Shown: positions 1-9,711, counted from the first letter of the stretch. The stretch is 64,000 nt of DNA from an uncultured Gammaproteobacteria bacterium (GCA_964620905.1 CAZUKA010000001.1:18141-82140); one strand, 5' to 3'. Notes: generated from the sequence alone by a model not told the origin. Numbers and translations are program-made.

Positions 1-585
1 GCAGTTAATACTTTTGATATTCATTGGCCAAAACAAGACCAGGTAGAATATAGTTATTTGTTGACCATGGATCCGACACAATTACCCGATGAGATACCGG
101 AATCTTTGACCAATAATTTACAGTATGAAAATTTACCAGATGGTATTTATTATTTTGTTTTACGATCCCGACCAGTGGGTGGCAATTGGCAAGATAGGGT
201 TATGAGACGGGCTATGATTGACACCCTGCCACCAGAATTTACTGAATTGCGCTTGATTGATGAAAAACAAACGTTTGGTTTGGCTAAAAATTTGTTTTTT
301 GCTGTTATTGATAATTTTTCCGGGGTAAATCAAGTGATTTTAAATGTCAATGGCGACGAATCTCAGATCATCAATAATCCCTGGAAAGTACCTAAACATT
401 GGTTAAACAAGACAAAAATTGAAATTATGGCCTCTGATTTGGCTGGCAATACTACTTCCAAACATTTAACACTTGAACCGTTTGTACCAAAGTGGTTGTG
501 GCTAAGTTTGCTGATAATCATTATAATATTATTGGTGGTGACGACGTATATTTTATGGCAAAAAAGAAAAACAAAATTATCATAA
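1..585 (+). CDS. 5'-truncated surface protein (Ig/fibronectin-like domains, C-terminal TM anchor), paralog of the next gene
   Basis: Frame is open from base 1. Motifs DGIYYFVLR, IDTLPPEF, DNFSGV and ASDLAGN parallel NGVWYFHLR, FDDIPPEAF, DKMSGI and AVDKAGN in the next ORF. C-terminal hydrophobic helix followed by basic tail. Confidence 0.7.
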   Translation, partial: AVNTFDIHWPKQDQVEYSYLLTMDPTQLPDEIPESLTNNLQYENLPDGIYYFVLRSRPVGGNWQDRVMRRAMIDTLPPEFTELRLIDEKQTFGLAKNLFFAVIDNFSGVNQVILNVNGDESQIINNPWKVPKHWLNKTKIEIMASDLAGNTTSKHLTLEPFVPKWLWLSLLIIIIILLVVTTYILWQKRKTKLS

Positions 586-2018
586 TTTTTTTATTTTGTA
601 TTTTATTTTACGCCTATCCAGCACAGGCGGGTAATTTTACTTTTAGTTTTTCACCAGCTCAAGCAACAATTATTGTGGGTGAGGAGTTCAGTGTAGATTT
701 TATTTTGTCAGCAACAGATAATATCAATGCTGCTCGGGCTCAATATAATTTTGACAGTGAGTATTTGGAAGTTTTAGATATTGTAACTACTGATTCAATT
801 TTTACTCATTGGCCAATTAAACCAAAAATTACTGGTAACCGAATTGAGTTTTCTGGTGGTTTACCTTCACCTGGGTTTACTGGTGACAAGGGTAAAGTTT
901 TATCTATGTTGTTGAGAGCAAAAAAGCCAGGTAGTGCCAGTTTACAATTTATTTCCGGCTCGCTTCATGCCAATGACGGCGTGGGAACAAATGTGTTGAG
1001 TGGTATGAATGGAGCAATTTTTACTGTTCAACCCGAAGGTTATGTACCGACTGGTATATCTCCCGAAGAGTTAACCGCCACTTTAGCCGCGCCAACAATT
1101 TCTTCACCTACTCATCCTGATCAGACGGTGTGGTACCGTCAATCACAAACTGTTTTTATTTGGCAATTGCCAACCTCTCCCGCTGAACTTTTTTATGAAA
1201 TTGATCATCAACCCCAAACTTACCCACAAAAGAGTTTAGCTTCACCTTTGAATTATTCTCATTCTTTTTTGGAAAATGGTGTTTGGTATTTTCATTTGCG
1301 GTATGAAAAAAATGGTGAACGTAGCCGCACAGCTCATTACAAAATCCAGTTTGACGATATCCCCCCAGAGGCTTTTGCCGTTTCGGTTCAAAAAAATCAA
1401 CAAACCGGAGCTTATCAAATTTCTTTTCCTACCGAAGATAAAATGTCGGGGATTGATTATTATGAAGTTAGTATTGATGAGAATAAATTTTTGATCCGCA
1501 CCTCACAGTCTTTTTATGAAATAGCAACTTTGTCGCCGGGCACCCATCCGATAGTAGTGAGTGCTGTTGACAAAGCAGGCAATAAAAGGACTGTCAGAGC
1601 AGTAGTAGATGTTGAAACTTTGACTTTTGCACCCCAACTTTTAGTCAAAATGTTTTCACCTGATATCTTGCCATTGGAAATGAGATTGTCATTTTATTAT
1701 GGTTTGATGTTTTTATTGTTTTTGGCTTTGTTTTTATTTATTATGCTGTGGTTTAGACGTGCCAAACGCAGACAAGACAGAAAATTTTCTCAAGAAGTGG
1801 GGGAGCTTGCTGCTAGTGTTGATTTTGGTTTTCAAACTCTCCGGCGAGATATTCTAGTACAAATTGAAGAAATATATAAAAAACAAAAAGCCATAGGACT
1901 TGACGATAAAGAAAAAGAAAATTTGAAAAAACTTGAAGCTGATCTTGATATTATTGAAACTTATATAAAAAAAGAACTCAAAGACGTATCTGATTTTGAT
2001 AAATATAAAACCAAGTAA
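555..2018 (+). CDS. Cohesin-like/Ig-domain surface protein with signal peptide and C-terminal TM
   Basis: Likely start ATG 555 (MAKKKNKIIIIFLF...AQA signal peptide). Cohesin-like segment VGEEFSVDFIL...INAARAQYNFD...SGGLPSPGF; SSPTHPDQTVWY motif; TM near the C-terminus. Confidence 0.7.
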   Translation: MAKKKNKIIIIFLFCILFYAYPAQAGNFTFSFSPAQATIIVGEEFSVDFILSATDNINAARAQYNFDSEYLEVLDIVTTDSIFTHWPIKPKITGNRIEFSGGLPSPGFTGDKGKVLSMLLRAKKPGSASLQFISGSLHANDGVGTNVLSGMNGAIFTVQPEGYVPTGISPEELTATLAAPTISSPTHPDQTVWYRQSQTVFIWQLPTSPAELFYEIDHQPQTYPQKSLASPLNYSHSFLENGVWYFHLRYEKNGERSRTAHYKIQFDDIPPEAFAVSVQKNQQTGAYQISFPTEDKMSGIDYYEVSIDENKFLIRTSQSFYEIATLSPGTHPIVVSAVDKAGNKRTVRAVVDVETLTFAPQLLVKMFSPDILPLEMRLSFYYGLMFLLFLALFLFIMLWFRRAKRRQDRKFSQEVGELAASVDFGFQTLRRDILVQIEEIYKKQKAIGLDDKEKENLKKLEADLDIIETYIKKELKDVSDFDKYKTK

Positions 2019-2154
2019 TTATAAATTTTCAATTATAAATTATAAATGAATTATTGAATTAAAAAATTAAAAATTGATTTAAAATTAATAATTTATTATT
2101 TAAAATTCAATAACCATATTTTTATTTGATTAATTGTTCGTGTGGATAACAAGT

Positions 2155-2298
2155 TTGCCAAAAATAATGACATATATTAATCTAAAACCAATGAAAATCA
2201 AGAGTTTACAAAAGATGATGCAGATGATGGCTAGTTTTTAGCCCTGGTTTTTTATTTTATTAAATCATGGGCTCAAAACGGGCCTTTTTTGTTTTTTT
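2155..2298 (+). promoter_or_regulatory. Putative promoter, Met-rich leader peptide (2191-2241) and attenuator
   Basis: TTGCCA-17-TAATCT; uORF MKIKSLQKMMQMMASF*; overlapping alternative stems AGCCC/GGGCT and GGCTC-AAAAC-GGGCC followed by a long T tract. Confidence 0.45.
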
Positions 2299-2324
2299 AA
2301 CAACCAAATTATAGGAGATTAATC

Positions 2325-2513
2325 ATGTTTGATATCAATGTTATTGTGGCTATCAACAACATACCCGAGGCTAAGGAAAAATTTATGAAAGGTGGTCTGA
2401 ACGCCACAATTAATATGGGACATAATACAAAAACTTATCCGCAAGGTATCAAACCAGTAGAACAAAAAAAAGAGAGAATAGCCAAAAATAAAAACTCCAA
2501 AACCCAAGATTAA
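2325..2513 (+). CDS. Small hypothetical protein (62 aa)
   Basis: AGGAG SD upstream and a terminator overlapping the stop codon. Confidence 0.55.
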   Translation: MFDINVIVAINNIPEAKEKFMKGGLNATINMGHNTKTYPQGIKPVEQKKERIAKNKNSKTQD

Positions 2514-2527
2514 CTTGGGTTTTTTTA
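2499..2527 (+). terminator. Intrinsic terminator
   Basis: AAAACCCAAG-atta-a-CTTGGGTTTTTTT. Confidence 0.7.
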
Positions 2528-2608
2528 TTGTCAATTTTGTGTTAAAATAAATACATAGCAATCATGCAGATTTTTAAATAATTTTTTTAAGAAAAAATAT
2601 ATTTCCCC

Positions 2609-4351
2609 ATGCAAATAAATGACTTTAACTGGAAAATAGGCGGTGAGGCCGGTTTTGGTATTATGTCATCTGGTATGATGTTTGCCAAAGTGTGTACCAG
2701 ATCAGGACTTTTTATACATGATTACAGCGAGTACCCATCGTTGATTAGAGGCGGACACAATACTTATCAAGTTTACGTAAATAGTAAAAAGATATTTAGC
2801 CAACGACGAGTGGTTAATTTGTTAGTGGCACTAAATACCCAAGCCATTAGTGAACACCTAGGTGAACTTATTGCCGGGAGCGGCCTAATTTGTGATAGCA
2901 CCAGAGTTCAAATACCAACTAAAATACTTAGTAAACAAAAAATTAAATTATACGATTTGCCATTAAATAAAATTGCCAAAGAAGTAGGTGGTGATGAAGT
3001 CATGCGCAATACTGTAGCTTTGGGTGCAACCGTGGCACTGATAAAATTTGATTTTAAAATTTTGGAAAATATTATCAAAGACCAGTTTGCTCATAAAGAT
3101 GATCAAGTATCAGTACAAAATATCAAAGCCGCACGTAGTGGTTATGAATATATCAAGTCGCATTATCAAGTTGATGATTTTGGTTTTAAGTTGCATCCAC
3201 AAACCAATAAAGAACAAATTGTTCTCACAGCCAATGATGCAGTAGCACTCGGGGCCATCGCCGCTGGTTGTAAGTTTTATGCAGCTTATCCTATGACCCC
3301 ATCTTCTTCTATTTTACATACCTTAGCGGAGATTGGTCCTAAATATGGCATGGTAGTTAGACATGCTGAGGATGAAATATCAGTTATCAATATGGTTGCC
3401 GGTGCTGCGACTGCAGGTGTCAGAGCTATGCTTGGTACATCTGGTGGTGGTTGGGCTTTGATGAATGAAGGCTATTCTCTGGCTGGCATCACGGAAACCC
3501 CTTTGGTTGTGATTATGTCACAGCGCCCAGGTCCGGCGACAGGACTACCAACTTGGACTGAACAAGGGGATTTGAAATTTATTTTAAACTCTGGTCATGG
3601 TGAATTTCCGCGCATTGTATTGACCCCTGGAGATCAAGAAGAAGCATTTTATTTGACCCAACTAGCCTTTAATATTGCTGAAATAGTGCAAAATCCCGTG
3701 ATTATCATGTTGGACAAATATATTTCTGAAAGCCATTTATCCCTACCTTTTTATAATTGGCAAAAGTCAAAAATAAAACGAGGGAAAATTTTGGAAGATA
3801 GTGAAGCTAAAAAGATTGGTGACAAATACCAGCGTTATAAACTGACAACGGATGGCATTTCACCTCGCGCACTACCGGGGCAAGTTGGACCTATTATTTT
3901 TATCAATTCTGATGAACATGACGAGATGGGTTTTAGCGAAGAATCAGCTGATAATCGTATTGGTCAAGTGGAAAAGAGATCTAGGAAAATAAAACAAATA
4001 GTAAAAGATTTACCTCAAGCTAGGTTGTATGGACCAAAAACAGCTACTTGTACTTTGGTAGGTTGGGGCAGTGTCAAGGGGCCAGTACTTGATGTTTTAC
4101 AAAGTAAAAAATTGAAAAAGTCAGTTAATTTTATACATTTTCCCATGTTAGCACCGTTACCTGTCAACGCTCAAAAGTTACTAACAACTGCAAAACGACT
4201 GGTATTGGTAGAAAATAATTCCACCGGCCAGCTAGCTGATGTTTTACGTTCTGAATCAAACGTAGTTTTTCGTAAAAAAATATTACGCTATGATGGGCGG
4301 CCTTTTTATAGTGAAGATTTAGTGAGAGAGATAAATAAGATTAAATTATAA
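2609..4351 (+). CDS. korA: 2-oxoacid:ferredoxin oxidoreductase alpha subunit (gamma-alpha fusion)
   Basis: GGEAGFG, YPSLIRGGH, AYPMTPSS, AEDEI, QRPGPATGLPT motifs. Substrate specificity cannot be read from the sequence. Confidence 0.9.
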   Translation: MQINDFNWKIGGEAGFGIMSSGMMFAKVCTRSGLFIHDYSEYPSLIRGGHNTYQVYVNSKKIFSQRRVVNLLVALNTQAISEHLGELIAGSGLICDSTRVQIPTKILSKQKIKLYDLPLNKIAKEVGGDEVMRNTVALGATVALIKFDFKILENIIKDQFAHKDDQVSVQNIKAARSGYEYIKSHYQVDDFGFKLHPQTNKEQIVLTANDAVALGAIAAGCKFYAAYPMTPSSSILHTLAEIGPKYGMVVRHAEDEISVINMVAGAATAGVRAMLGTSGGGWALMNEGYSLAGITETPLVVIMSQRPGPATGLPTWTEQGDLKFILNSGHGEFPRIVLTPGDQEEAFYLTQLAFNIAEIVQNPVIIMLDKYISESHLSLPFYNWQKSKIKRGKILEDSEAKKIGDKYQRYKLTTDGISPRALPGQVGPIIFINSDEHDEMGFSEESADNRIGQVEKRSRKIKQIVKDLPQARLYGPKTATCTLVGWGSVKGPVLDVLQSKKLKKSVNFIHFPMLAPLPVNAQKLLTTAKRLVLVENNSTGQLADVLRSESNVVFRKKILRYDGRPFYSEDLVREINKIKL

Positions 4352-4404
4352 ATTATCAATTATAAATTATAAATCAATTTTTATAATTTAAAATTAATAC
4401 AACT

Positions 4405-5262
4405 ATGTCCACTGATAATAATTTTATAACCTCCTATGATCCTACCTGGTGTCCGGGTTGTGGTAATTTTGGTCTGTGGGGTGCTTTGAAAAAAACTTTA
4501 GCAGAAATTGATATCCCTAGAGAACAAATAATGGCCGTTTATGGTATTGGTTGTAGTGGCAATGGTTTCAATTTTACAAAAATAAATTCTTTTCATGGAT
4601 TACACGGTCGTACTTTGCCTGTCGCTGAAGGATTGAAACTTGCTAATCATAAGTTAACCGTGATTGCTTTGGGTGGTGATGGTGATGGTTATGGAGAAGG
4701 CGGAAACCATTTTTTACATGCTTGTCGGGCTAATCATGATATTGCTTATTTTGTCCATAACAATCAAACCTATGGTTTAACCACTGGTCAAACTTCACCT
4801 ACCACTGAACAGGGAATTAAATCAAAATCCAACCCTTCAGGCGGCGTAGATAAACCCATCAATCCTGTTGCTCTAGCGATTACAGCTGGTGCGACTTTTG
4901 TAGCTCGTGGTTTTACTGGTGATATCAATCATTTATCAGAAATGATGAAACTGGCAATAAGTCATAAGGGTTTTGCGTTACTTGATATTTTACAGCCTTG
5001 TTTTACTTTCAATAAACACAATACTTACCAATATTTTAGACAAAGAGTTTACAAATTGGAAAACCACAATCCAGCTGATTTGGTTAGAGCTTTGGAGTTG
5101 GCTGGGCAATGGGAAAGAGAAGACAAAATTCCTTTGGGGGTTATTTATCAAAATGTTACTCAGCCTGCTTTTCATGAAAATTTTCCTCAGCTCACCAAGC
5201 AGGTCTTGAAAGACCAATCTCTCCAACATGATATTACCGCAGATTTAAAAAGTTTTGTGTAA
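4405..5262 (+). CDS. korB: 2-oxoacid:ferredoxin oxidoreductase beta subunit (TPP-binding)
   Basis: WCPGCGNF, GIGCSG, HGRTLP, GGDGDGYGEG and NNQTYGLTTGQTSPT motifs. Confidence 0.9.
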   Translation: MSTDNNFITSYDPTWCPGCGNFGLWGALKKTLAEIDIPREQIMAVYGIGCSGNGFNFTKINSFHGLHGRTLPVAEGLKLANHKLTVIALGGDGDGYGEGGNHFLHACRANHDIAYFVHNNQTYGLTTGQTSPTTEQGIKSKSNPSGGVDKPINPVALAITAGATFVARGFTGDINHLSEMMKLAISHKGFALLDILQPCFTFNKHNTYQYFRQRVYKLENHNPADLVRALELAGQWEREDKIPLGVIYQNVTQPAFHENFPQLTKQVLKDQSLQHDITADLKSFV

Positions 5263-5267
5263 GAGAT

Positions 5268-5735
5268 ATGCGTATAACTATCTTAGCGGTTGGTAAAACC
5301 AAACAAGCATTTTTACAAACCGGTGAGGGGATATATCTAAAAAAGTTATCTCCTTTTTGTCAGATTTCTTTGCAGATAATTAGTTCGCTAGCTGATATAA
5401 AAAATCAAACCAAAGAAAAAATTATTGCTAAAGAGGGTGAATTTATCATGCAAAAAATTAAACCCTCAGCCCATGTTGTTTCTTTGGATAGAACTGGAAA
5501 AAAAATTAACTCCGAACAAGTAGCCAGACAAATTTCCACTTGGTTAAGTTTGGGAAAAGAAATCGTTGTAGTTATTGGTGGTGCTTTTGGTTTATCAGAA
5601 CAAGTCAAGAAAAGATCACAAGTTATTTTAAGTTTGTCAGATTTAACTTTTACTCACGAAATGGTGCGTTTAATTTTTCTAGAACAACTTTATCGAGGTT
5701 TTACTATAATTAAGGGCGTTCCTTATCACTATTAA
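5268..5735 (+). CDS. rlmH: 23S rRNA pseudouridine-1915 N3-methyltransferase
   Basis: MRITILAVGK, IGGAFGL, SLSDLTFTHEMVRLIFLEQLYRGFTI..G.PYH (SPOUT RlmH signature). Confidence 0.93.
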   Translation: MRITILAVGKTKQAFLQTGEGIYLKKLSPFCQISLQIISSLADIKNQTKEKIIAKEGEFIMQKIKPSAHVVSLDRTGKKINSEQVARQISTWLSLGKEIVVVIGGAFGLSEQVKKRSQVILSLSDLTFTHEMVRLIFLEQLYRGFTIIKGVPYHY

Positions 5736-5758
5736 AAAACTGTCCTTAAGGACAGTTT
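5735..5758. terminator. Bidirectional terminator between convergent genes
   Basis: AAACTGTCCTTAAGGACAGTTT perfect palindrome. Confidence 0.6.
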
Positions 5759-5763
5759 AAAAT

Positions 5764-5955
5764 TTAATTATCAAGTGGTTTAGTTTTGGGATTTGTATTG
5801 CATGGTTTATTAGTGATTTTTCGTCGGATAATGATTTTTCCCTTGCGGGGTTGTTGATTAAATTTTGGTGTTTGGTTGTTTGGATTTAGAACTCCATGTT
5901 TATGGTTTTTTACTGAAAGTAATCTAGCTAATAGACTGGCCATTTTGGACCTCAT
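5764..5955 (-). CDS. Small basic hypothetical protein (63 aa)
   Basis: Minus-strand TTGACT-17-TATATT promoter at ~6023-5995 and a terminator just downstream. Confidence 0.45.
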   Translation of the reverse strand: MRSKMASLLARLLSVKNHKHGVLNPNNQTPKFNQQPRKGKIIIRRKITNKPCNTNPKTKPLDN

Positions 5956-6138
5956 GATAATTATAAAATAAATTAGTTAAAGAACAATTTATTTAATATA
6001 TATCAATCCAATCAACCAGTCAAGGATATTTATATTTGAATATTGGTTCTTGAATTTAGAATCTTGTTTTAAAAAATAAGTAAAAATATTAAGTCCCAAT
6101 TCTTGATTCATTATTCATACTTCATAATTCTAATACAT

Positions 6139-7527
6139 ATGAAATTAACATTTTACGGGGCCGCCAAGGAAGTTACTGGTTCTAAGCATTTACTTGAGGT
6201 TAAAGGAAAAAAAATACTACTTGATTGTGGTATGTTTCAGGGACACCGTAAAGAAGCAGAAAAGAAAAATAGGGAACTACCATTCAATCCAGCGGAAATT
6301 GATGCAGTGATTTTATCACACGCACATTTGGATCATTGTGGTAGTTTGCCTGTTATGTGGTTACAAGGTTTTCGTGGGCCAATCTATTGTACTTCGGCAA
6401 CTCGCGATGTGGCCGAATTGATTTTACTGGATAGTGCGCACGTCCAAGAGTCAGACAATATGCATCTAGCGCAAATTAAAAGTCAAATTGAACCAGAGCC
6501 GCCACTTTATACTGAACAGGAAGTCTATGCGGTGATGAAACAGTTTAAAACCATATCTTATCATCAGGAATTTGATGTTTTTAAAAACATTAAAGCAAAA
6601 TTTATTGATGCTGGACATATTCTTGGGTCAGCTCAAGTAGAAATAACTGTTCACGAACTTTGGCGTGATACCAGAATTGGTTTTACTGGCGATTTAGGCC
6701 GTAGTCAAATGCCAATATTGAAAGACCCAGAACAGTTGCAAGGACTTGATGTTTTACTCATCGAATCAACCTATGGCAATCGCATTCACGAGAGTTTTAC
6801 TGAGGCTAAACGGGTTTTAAAAAAATACGTATTGGAAGCAATCAGACGACAAGCAAAAATTATTGTCCCTTCTTTTGCTCTAGGAAGGACACAAGAACTG
6901 GTTTATTTGTTGCACGAGTTGACTGATGCGGGGGAAATCCCACGTTTTCCTATTTATGTTGATTCACCGCTGGCGATAGATCTTACGGAAATATTCAAGA
7001 GTCACCCCCAGTGTTTTGACAAAGAAACCTTTTTGACTTTTAGCGCTAGTGACAATCCGTTTGGCTTTCGCAATTTGACTTATACTTATACAACCAATGA
7101 TTCAATTGCCCTAAACAGTAAACGCGGACCCCTGATGATAATTTCCGCTGCCGGTATGTGCGAAGGAGGAAGAATTAGACATCATCTTAAAAATAGTGTT
7201 GAAAATCCCAACAATCTGATATTGATTACCGGTTTTATGGCCAAACATACTTTGGGTAGAAAAATTGTTGACCAGGAACCAATGCTGAAGATTTTTGATA
7301 ATCTGTATCGACTACGGGCACAAGTGGTAGTAGCAAACGCATTGTCAGCTCATGCGGATTCGGTTGATTTGGTGAATTATGTAGATCGAGTGGGTGAGAG
7401 GTTGAAAAAGGTTTTTATTGTCCATGGTGAGGAAACACAAAGTGCAGTCTTTCAAGGTAGACTACAAGAAAAATATGACCGTTTACAGACTTATATTCCA
7501 GATTTTGGTCAGCAATTTAAAATATAA
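6139..7527 (+). CDS. MBL-fold beta-CASP ribonuclease (YSH1/CPSF-like)
   Basis: GAAKEVTGS, LSHAHLDHCG, AGHILGS, IESTYGNR, GRTQE and LSAHAD...VHGE motifs. Start placed at ATG 6139. Confidence 0.9.
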   Translation: MKLTFYGAAKEVTGSKHLLEVKGKKILLDCGMFQGHRKEAEKKNRELPFNPAEIDAVILSHAHLDHCGSLPVMWLQGFRGPIYCTSATRDVAELILLDSAHVQESDNMHLAQIKSQIEPEPPLYTEQEVYAVMKQFKTISYHQEFDVFKNIKAKFIDAGHILGSAQVEITVHELWRDTRIGFTGDLGRSQMPILKDPEQLQGLDVLLIESTYGNRIHESFTEAKRVLKKYVLEAIRRQAKIIVPSFALGRTQELVYLLHELTDAGEIPRFPIYVDSPLAIDLTEIFKSHPQCFDKETFLTFSASDNPFGFRNLTYTYTTNDSIALNSKRGPLMIISAAGMCEGGRIRHHLKNSVENPNNLILITGFMAKHTLGRKIVDQEPMLKIFDNLYRLRAQVVVANALSAHADSVDLVNYVDRVGERLKKVFIVHGEETQSAVFQGRLQEKYDRLQTYIPDFGQQFKI

Positions 7528-7554
7528 AAGCCCGCCAAAAGTGGCAGGCAAATT

Positions 7555-7776
7555 TTAAATGTAGTCGTTTTTTAGTTCCTCCTTTATTTTTTGCAAAATT
7601 TCTTTGCCAGTTAAAATTTTCATTTTATAGAATAAAGCAGCTACTGCCAGTAGAAATAAACTTAGAAATAGTTGTGACCAAATGTTTTTTTGTGGGTTTA
7701 TTTGTATGATGGCAATAGCCCCGATAGCTAAAAAGAGAAAGATTAATGACAGCATGATAAAAAAATAATAACGCAT
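7555..7776 (-). CDS. Small two-TM membrane protein
   Basis: Two hydrophobic helices, AGGAG SD and a consensus promoter upstream. Confidence 0.6.
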   Translation of the reverse strand: MRYYFFIMLSLIFLFLAIGAIAIIQINPQKNIWSQLFLSLFLLAVAALFYKMKILTGKEILQKIKEELKNDYI

Positions 7777-7812
7777 GACGCTCCTAATTTAATATTGTTA
7801 AAGTAAAAATAT

Positions 7813-7841
7813 ATTATAAGGAGGATTTGTTCTTTTGTCAA
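7813..7841 (-). promoter_or_regulatory. Consensus sigma70 promoter
   Basis: Minus strand reads TTGACA-aaagaacaaatcctcct(17)-TATAAT. Confidence 0.8.
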
Positions 7842-7846
7842 TAATT

Positions 7847-8032
7847 TTTATCCAAGGCAGGTTGTTGAGACAAAATGATAATTATTTTATTATCGCGAGC
7901 TCATATTTATGGTAAGACGGGTTATTTTGGATCCTCCGCGTAGAACCGCAAACGCCTTAGATGCGTTTATTCAACCAAGATAATTGATCGATTTTTGGGG
8001 TTGAGATGCCCCAGCCAACTGCCTTTGATAAA
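7847..8032. ncRNA. 6S RNA-like structured RNA (strand uncertain)
   Basis: ~186-nt GC-richer island. Ends pair (TTTATC-c-AAGGCAG...CTGCCTT-t-GATAAA); a second stem pairs 7872-7888 with 7977-7995; an open bubble begins ~42 nt from the left end; terminator-like hairpin at 8042-8067. Confidence 0.45.
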
Positions 8033-8117
8033 CTAATACTCAAAACCACTTTTTATAGTGGTTTTTTAAATGATGGTAAATTTACAATTTATAATTTACA
8101 ATTTATAATTATCTAAT

Positions 8118-8194
8118 CGGGGTGTAGCGCAGTTGGCTAGCGCGCGTCGTTCGGGACGACGAGGTCGGAGGTTCAAGTCCTCTCACCCCGACCA
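8118..8194 (+). tRNA. tRNA-Pro (anticodon CGG)
   Basis: CGGGGTG/CACCCCG acceptor stem, anticodon arm CGTCG-TTCGGGA-CGACG, GTTCAAGTC T-loop, encoded CCA. Confidence 0.97.
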
Positions 8195-8406
8195 AGTTCA
8201 GTATACTACCAGCTAGCTTAATTAGTGACTTTTTAGTATTAGTTCATGGTTTTACCAACCTTTGCCAAAGCCACGATAACTGTTTGGTAAAAATGTTAAT
8301 AGTGAAACAAATCAAAATAAGTTGGTTTGTTTTTTATTTAAGATTTTTACTTAATAACACAATACTTTTCTATCTTTTTTTCACAATTTATGGTATAATA
8401 AATAAT

Positions 8407-8922
8407 ATGAAGAAACTAGTTTTTTGCAAAAAGTTTAGTGGTAATGAAAAATATCAGAGCTTGCGATTTGTCATGTATACTTTGGGTAGTTTATTGTTGG
8501 TGTTTTTATTGGCAGAAGTTATTTTAATTTTTTCTTGGTCAATCATAAGTTTTTCTAAAGCCCCATCTATAAATAAAAATATTTCATCTAACAACAACAG
8601 TACCGTCATTACTGTGGATCAAAAAAGATTGAGGAATAATTATATTTCCCAAGTGACCGCATTAGCTAGCCAAACTTCGCAAATAAATATTGACCGTGCT
8701 AGTTATACTCAGATTAGAGACGATTTATTGGCTTTATCTGTACCCAAAGATTATTTATCTTGGCATTTTAAACTAGTTATCTCTTTTGATCGGATTTTGG
8801 ATTTGATGTCCATGCAATCAGACAGTCCTAGTTTAGAGCATGAACAAGCAATCAGTGAACAGGCAAGAATTATCAAGGAACACTTTCAAACGTTATCCGA
8901 TATAAAACCGCTTGATTTATGA
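8407..8922 (+). CDS. Membrane-anchored hypothetical protein
   Basis: ATG 8407 lies just after TGGTATAAT; one N-terminal TM; overlaps the next gene by ATGA. Confidence 0.6.
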   Translation: MKKLVFCKKFSGNEKYQSLRFVMYTLGSLLLVFLLAEVILIFSWSIISFSKAPSINKNISSNNNSTVITVDQKRLRNNYISQVTALASQTSQINIDRASYTQIRDDLLALSVPKDYLSWHFKLVISFDRILDLMSMQSDSPSLEHEQAISEQARIIKEHFQTLSDIKPLDL

Positions 8923-9692
8923 AGAGTCGGTTGATTTCACAAAAGATTATTTTACTTGCTTATCTTTTTTTATTAGCCGTTTTTGGTTGGTGGGCTAGTA
9001 GCTGGCCAATGTTGTTGTTGCCAGGTGCGTTGCTACTTTTTGTTTTGACAGTTTTGGTAGTAAAATTGCTCTCGGGTTTGTCTTGGGTAACAATTGATTT
9101 TTATAAACATTTAATAGTCCCCCAACTATTTTTACTGGCGGCTGTATTGTTTTATATTTTTTTTAACACTTTGTTTTTACAGAAAATATATTGGGGTTTA
9201 GTCTGTCTGGCCATGTATTTTTATCTTTATAACTTGTGGCTTTTTTATAAAAAACCAAAACTCTATCAAGCATTTACCTTGGAAAACTATTCCTGGTATT
9301 TGCATCTGGCGGCTAGTTTTTTATTTACCAGTTCAATTTTTGGTTTGGTGATATTTATTAGTTTTACTTGGTATTTGGCAATAATCTCAGTTTTACTATT
9401 TGCTGGTTTGGCTTTTATTCAGATGTGGTGGATACAAAGGTTAAATAATACAGATCAATGGTGGTGGTTGCTGACGCATTTGTTTATTTGTTTGGCAGCT
9501 TTGGTAAGTATGATGTTATTACCTTTTAGTTTTTATGTTTTAGGATTTTGGTGGACAGCTATTTGGTTTTTAAGTACTACTTTTATCTTTCAACATGTTA
9601 CGGGTAAATATATTTGGCGTAAATACCTTTGGCAAGCCGGTTTGATTTTCGTGATAGCGCTATTAATTACTTATTCAGCTAAAATATTTTAG
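8919..9692 (+). CDS. Polytopic membrane protein
   Basis: Multiple hydrophobic helices; translationally coupled to the previous gene. Confidence 0.7.
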   Translation: MKSRLISQKIILLAYLFLLAVFGWWASSWPMLLLPGALLLFVLTVLVVKLLSGLSWVTIDFYKHLIVPQLFLLAAVLFYIFFNTLFLQKIYWGLVCLAMYFYLYNLWLFYKKPKLYQAFTLENYSWYLHLAASFLFTSSIFGLVIFISFTWYLAIISVLLFAGLAFIQMWWIQRLNNTDQWWWLLTHLFICLAALVSMMLLPFSFYVLGFWWTAIWFLSTTFIFQHVTGKYIWRKYLWQAGLIFVIALLITYSAKIF

Positions 9693-9711
9693 TTATTAAA
9701 ATAAATTTTAT

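Noticed and set aside
492-554. Upstream start extensions in the ORF track (492, 6103, 8284, 11547, 52845, 62456)
   Set aside because: These use alternative start codons that run through promoters or overlap neighbouring genes. Downstream ATGs match the family N-termini or signal peptides.
2141-2149. Replication origin suggested by DnaA-box-like TGTGGATAA (also at 26079)
   Set aside because: Single isolated boxes, with no cluster and no dnaA/dnaN nearby.
7847-8032. tmRNA, RNase P RNA, SRP RNA or self-splicing intron
   Set aside because: Lacks tRNA-like ends, the GGAAAGTC P4 motif and the SRP GGAA/AGCAG loop, and is too short for an intron.
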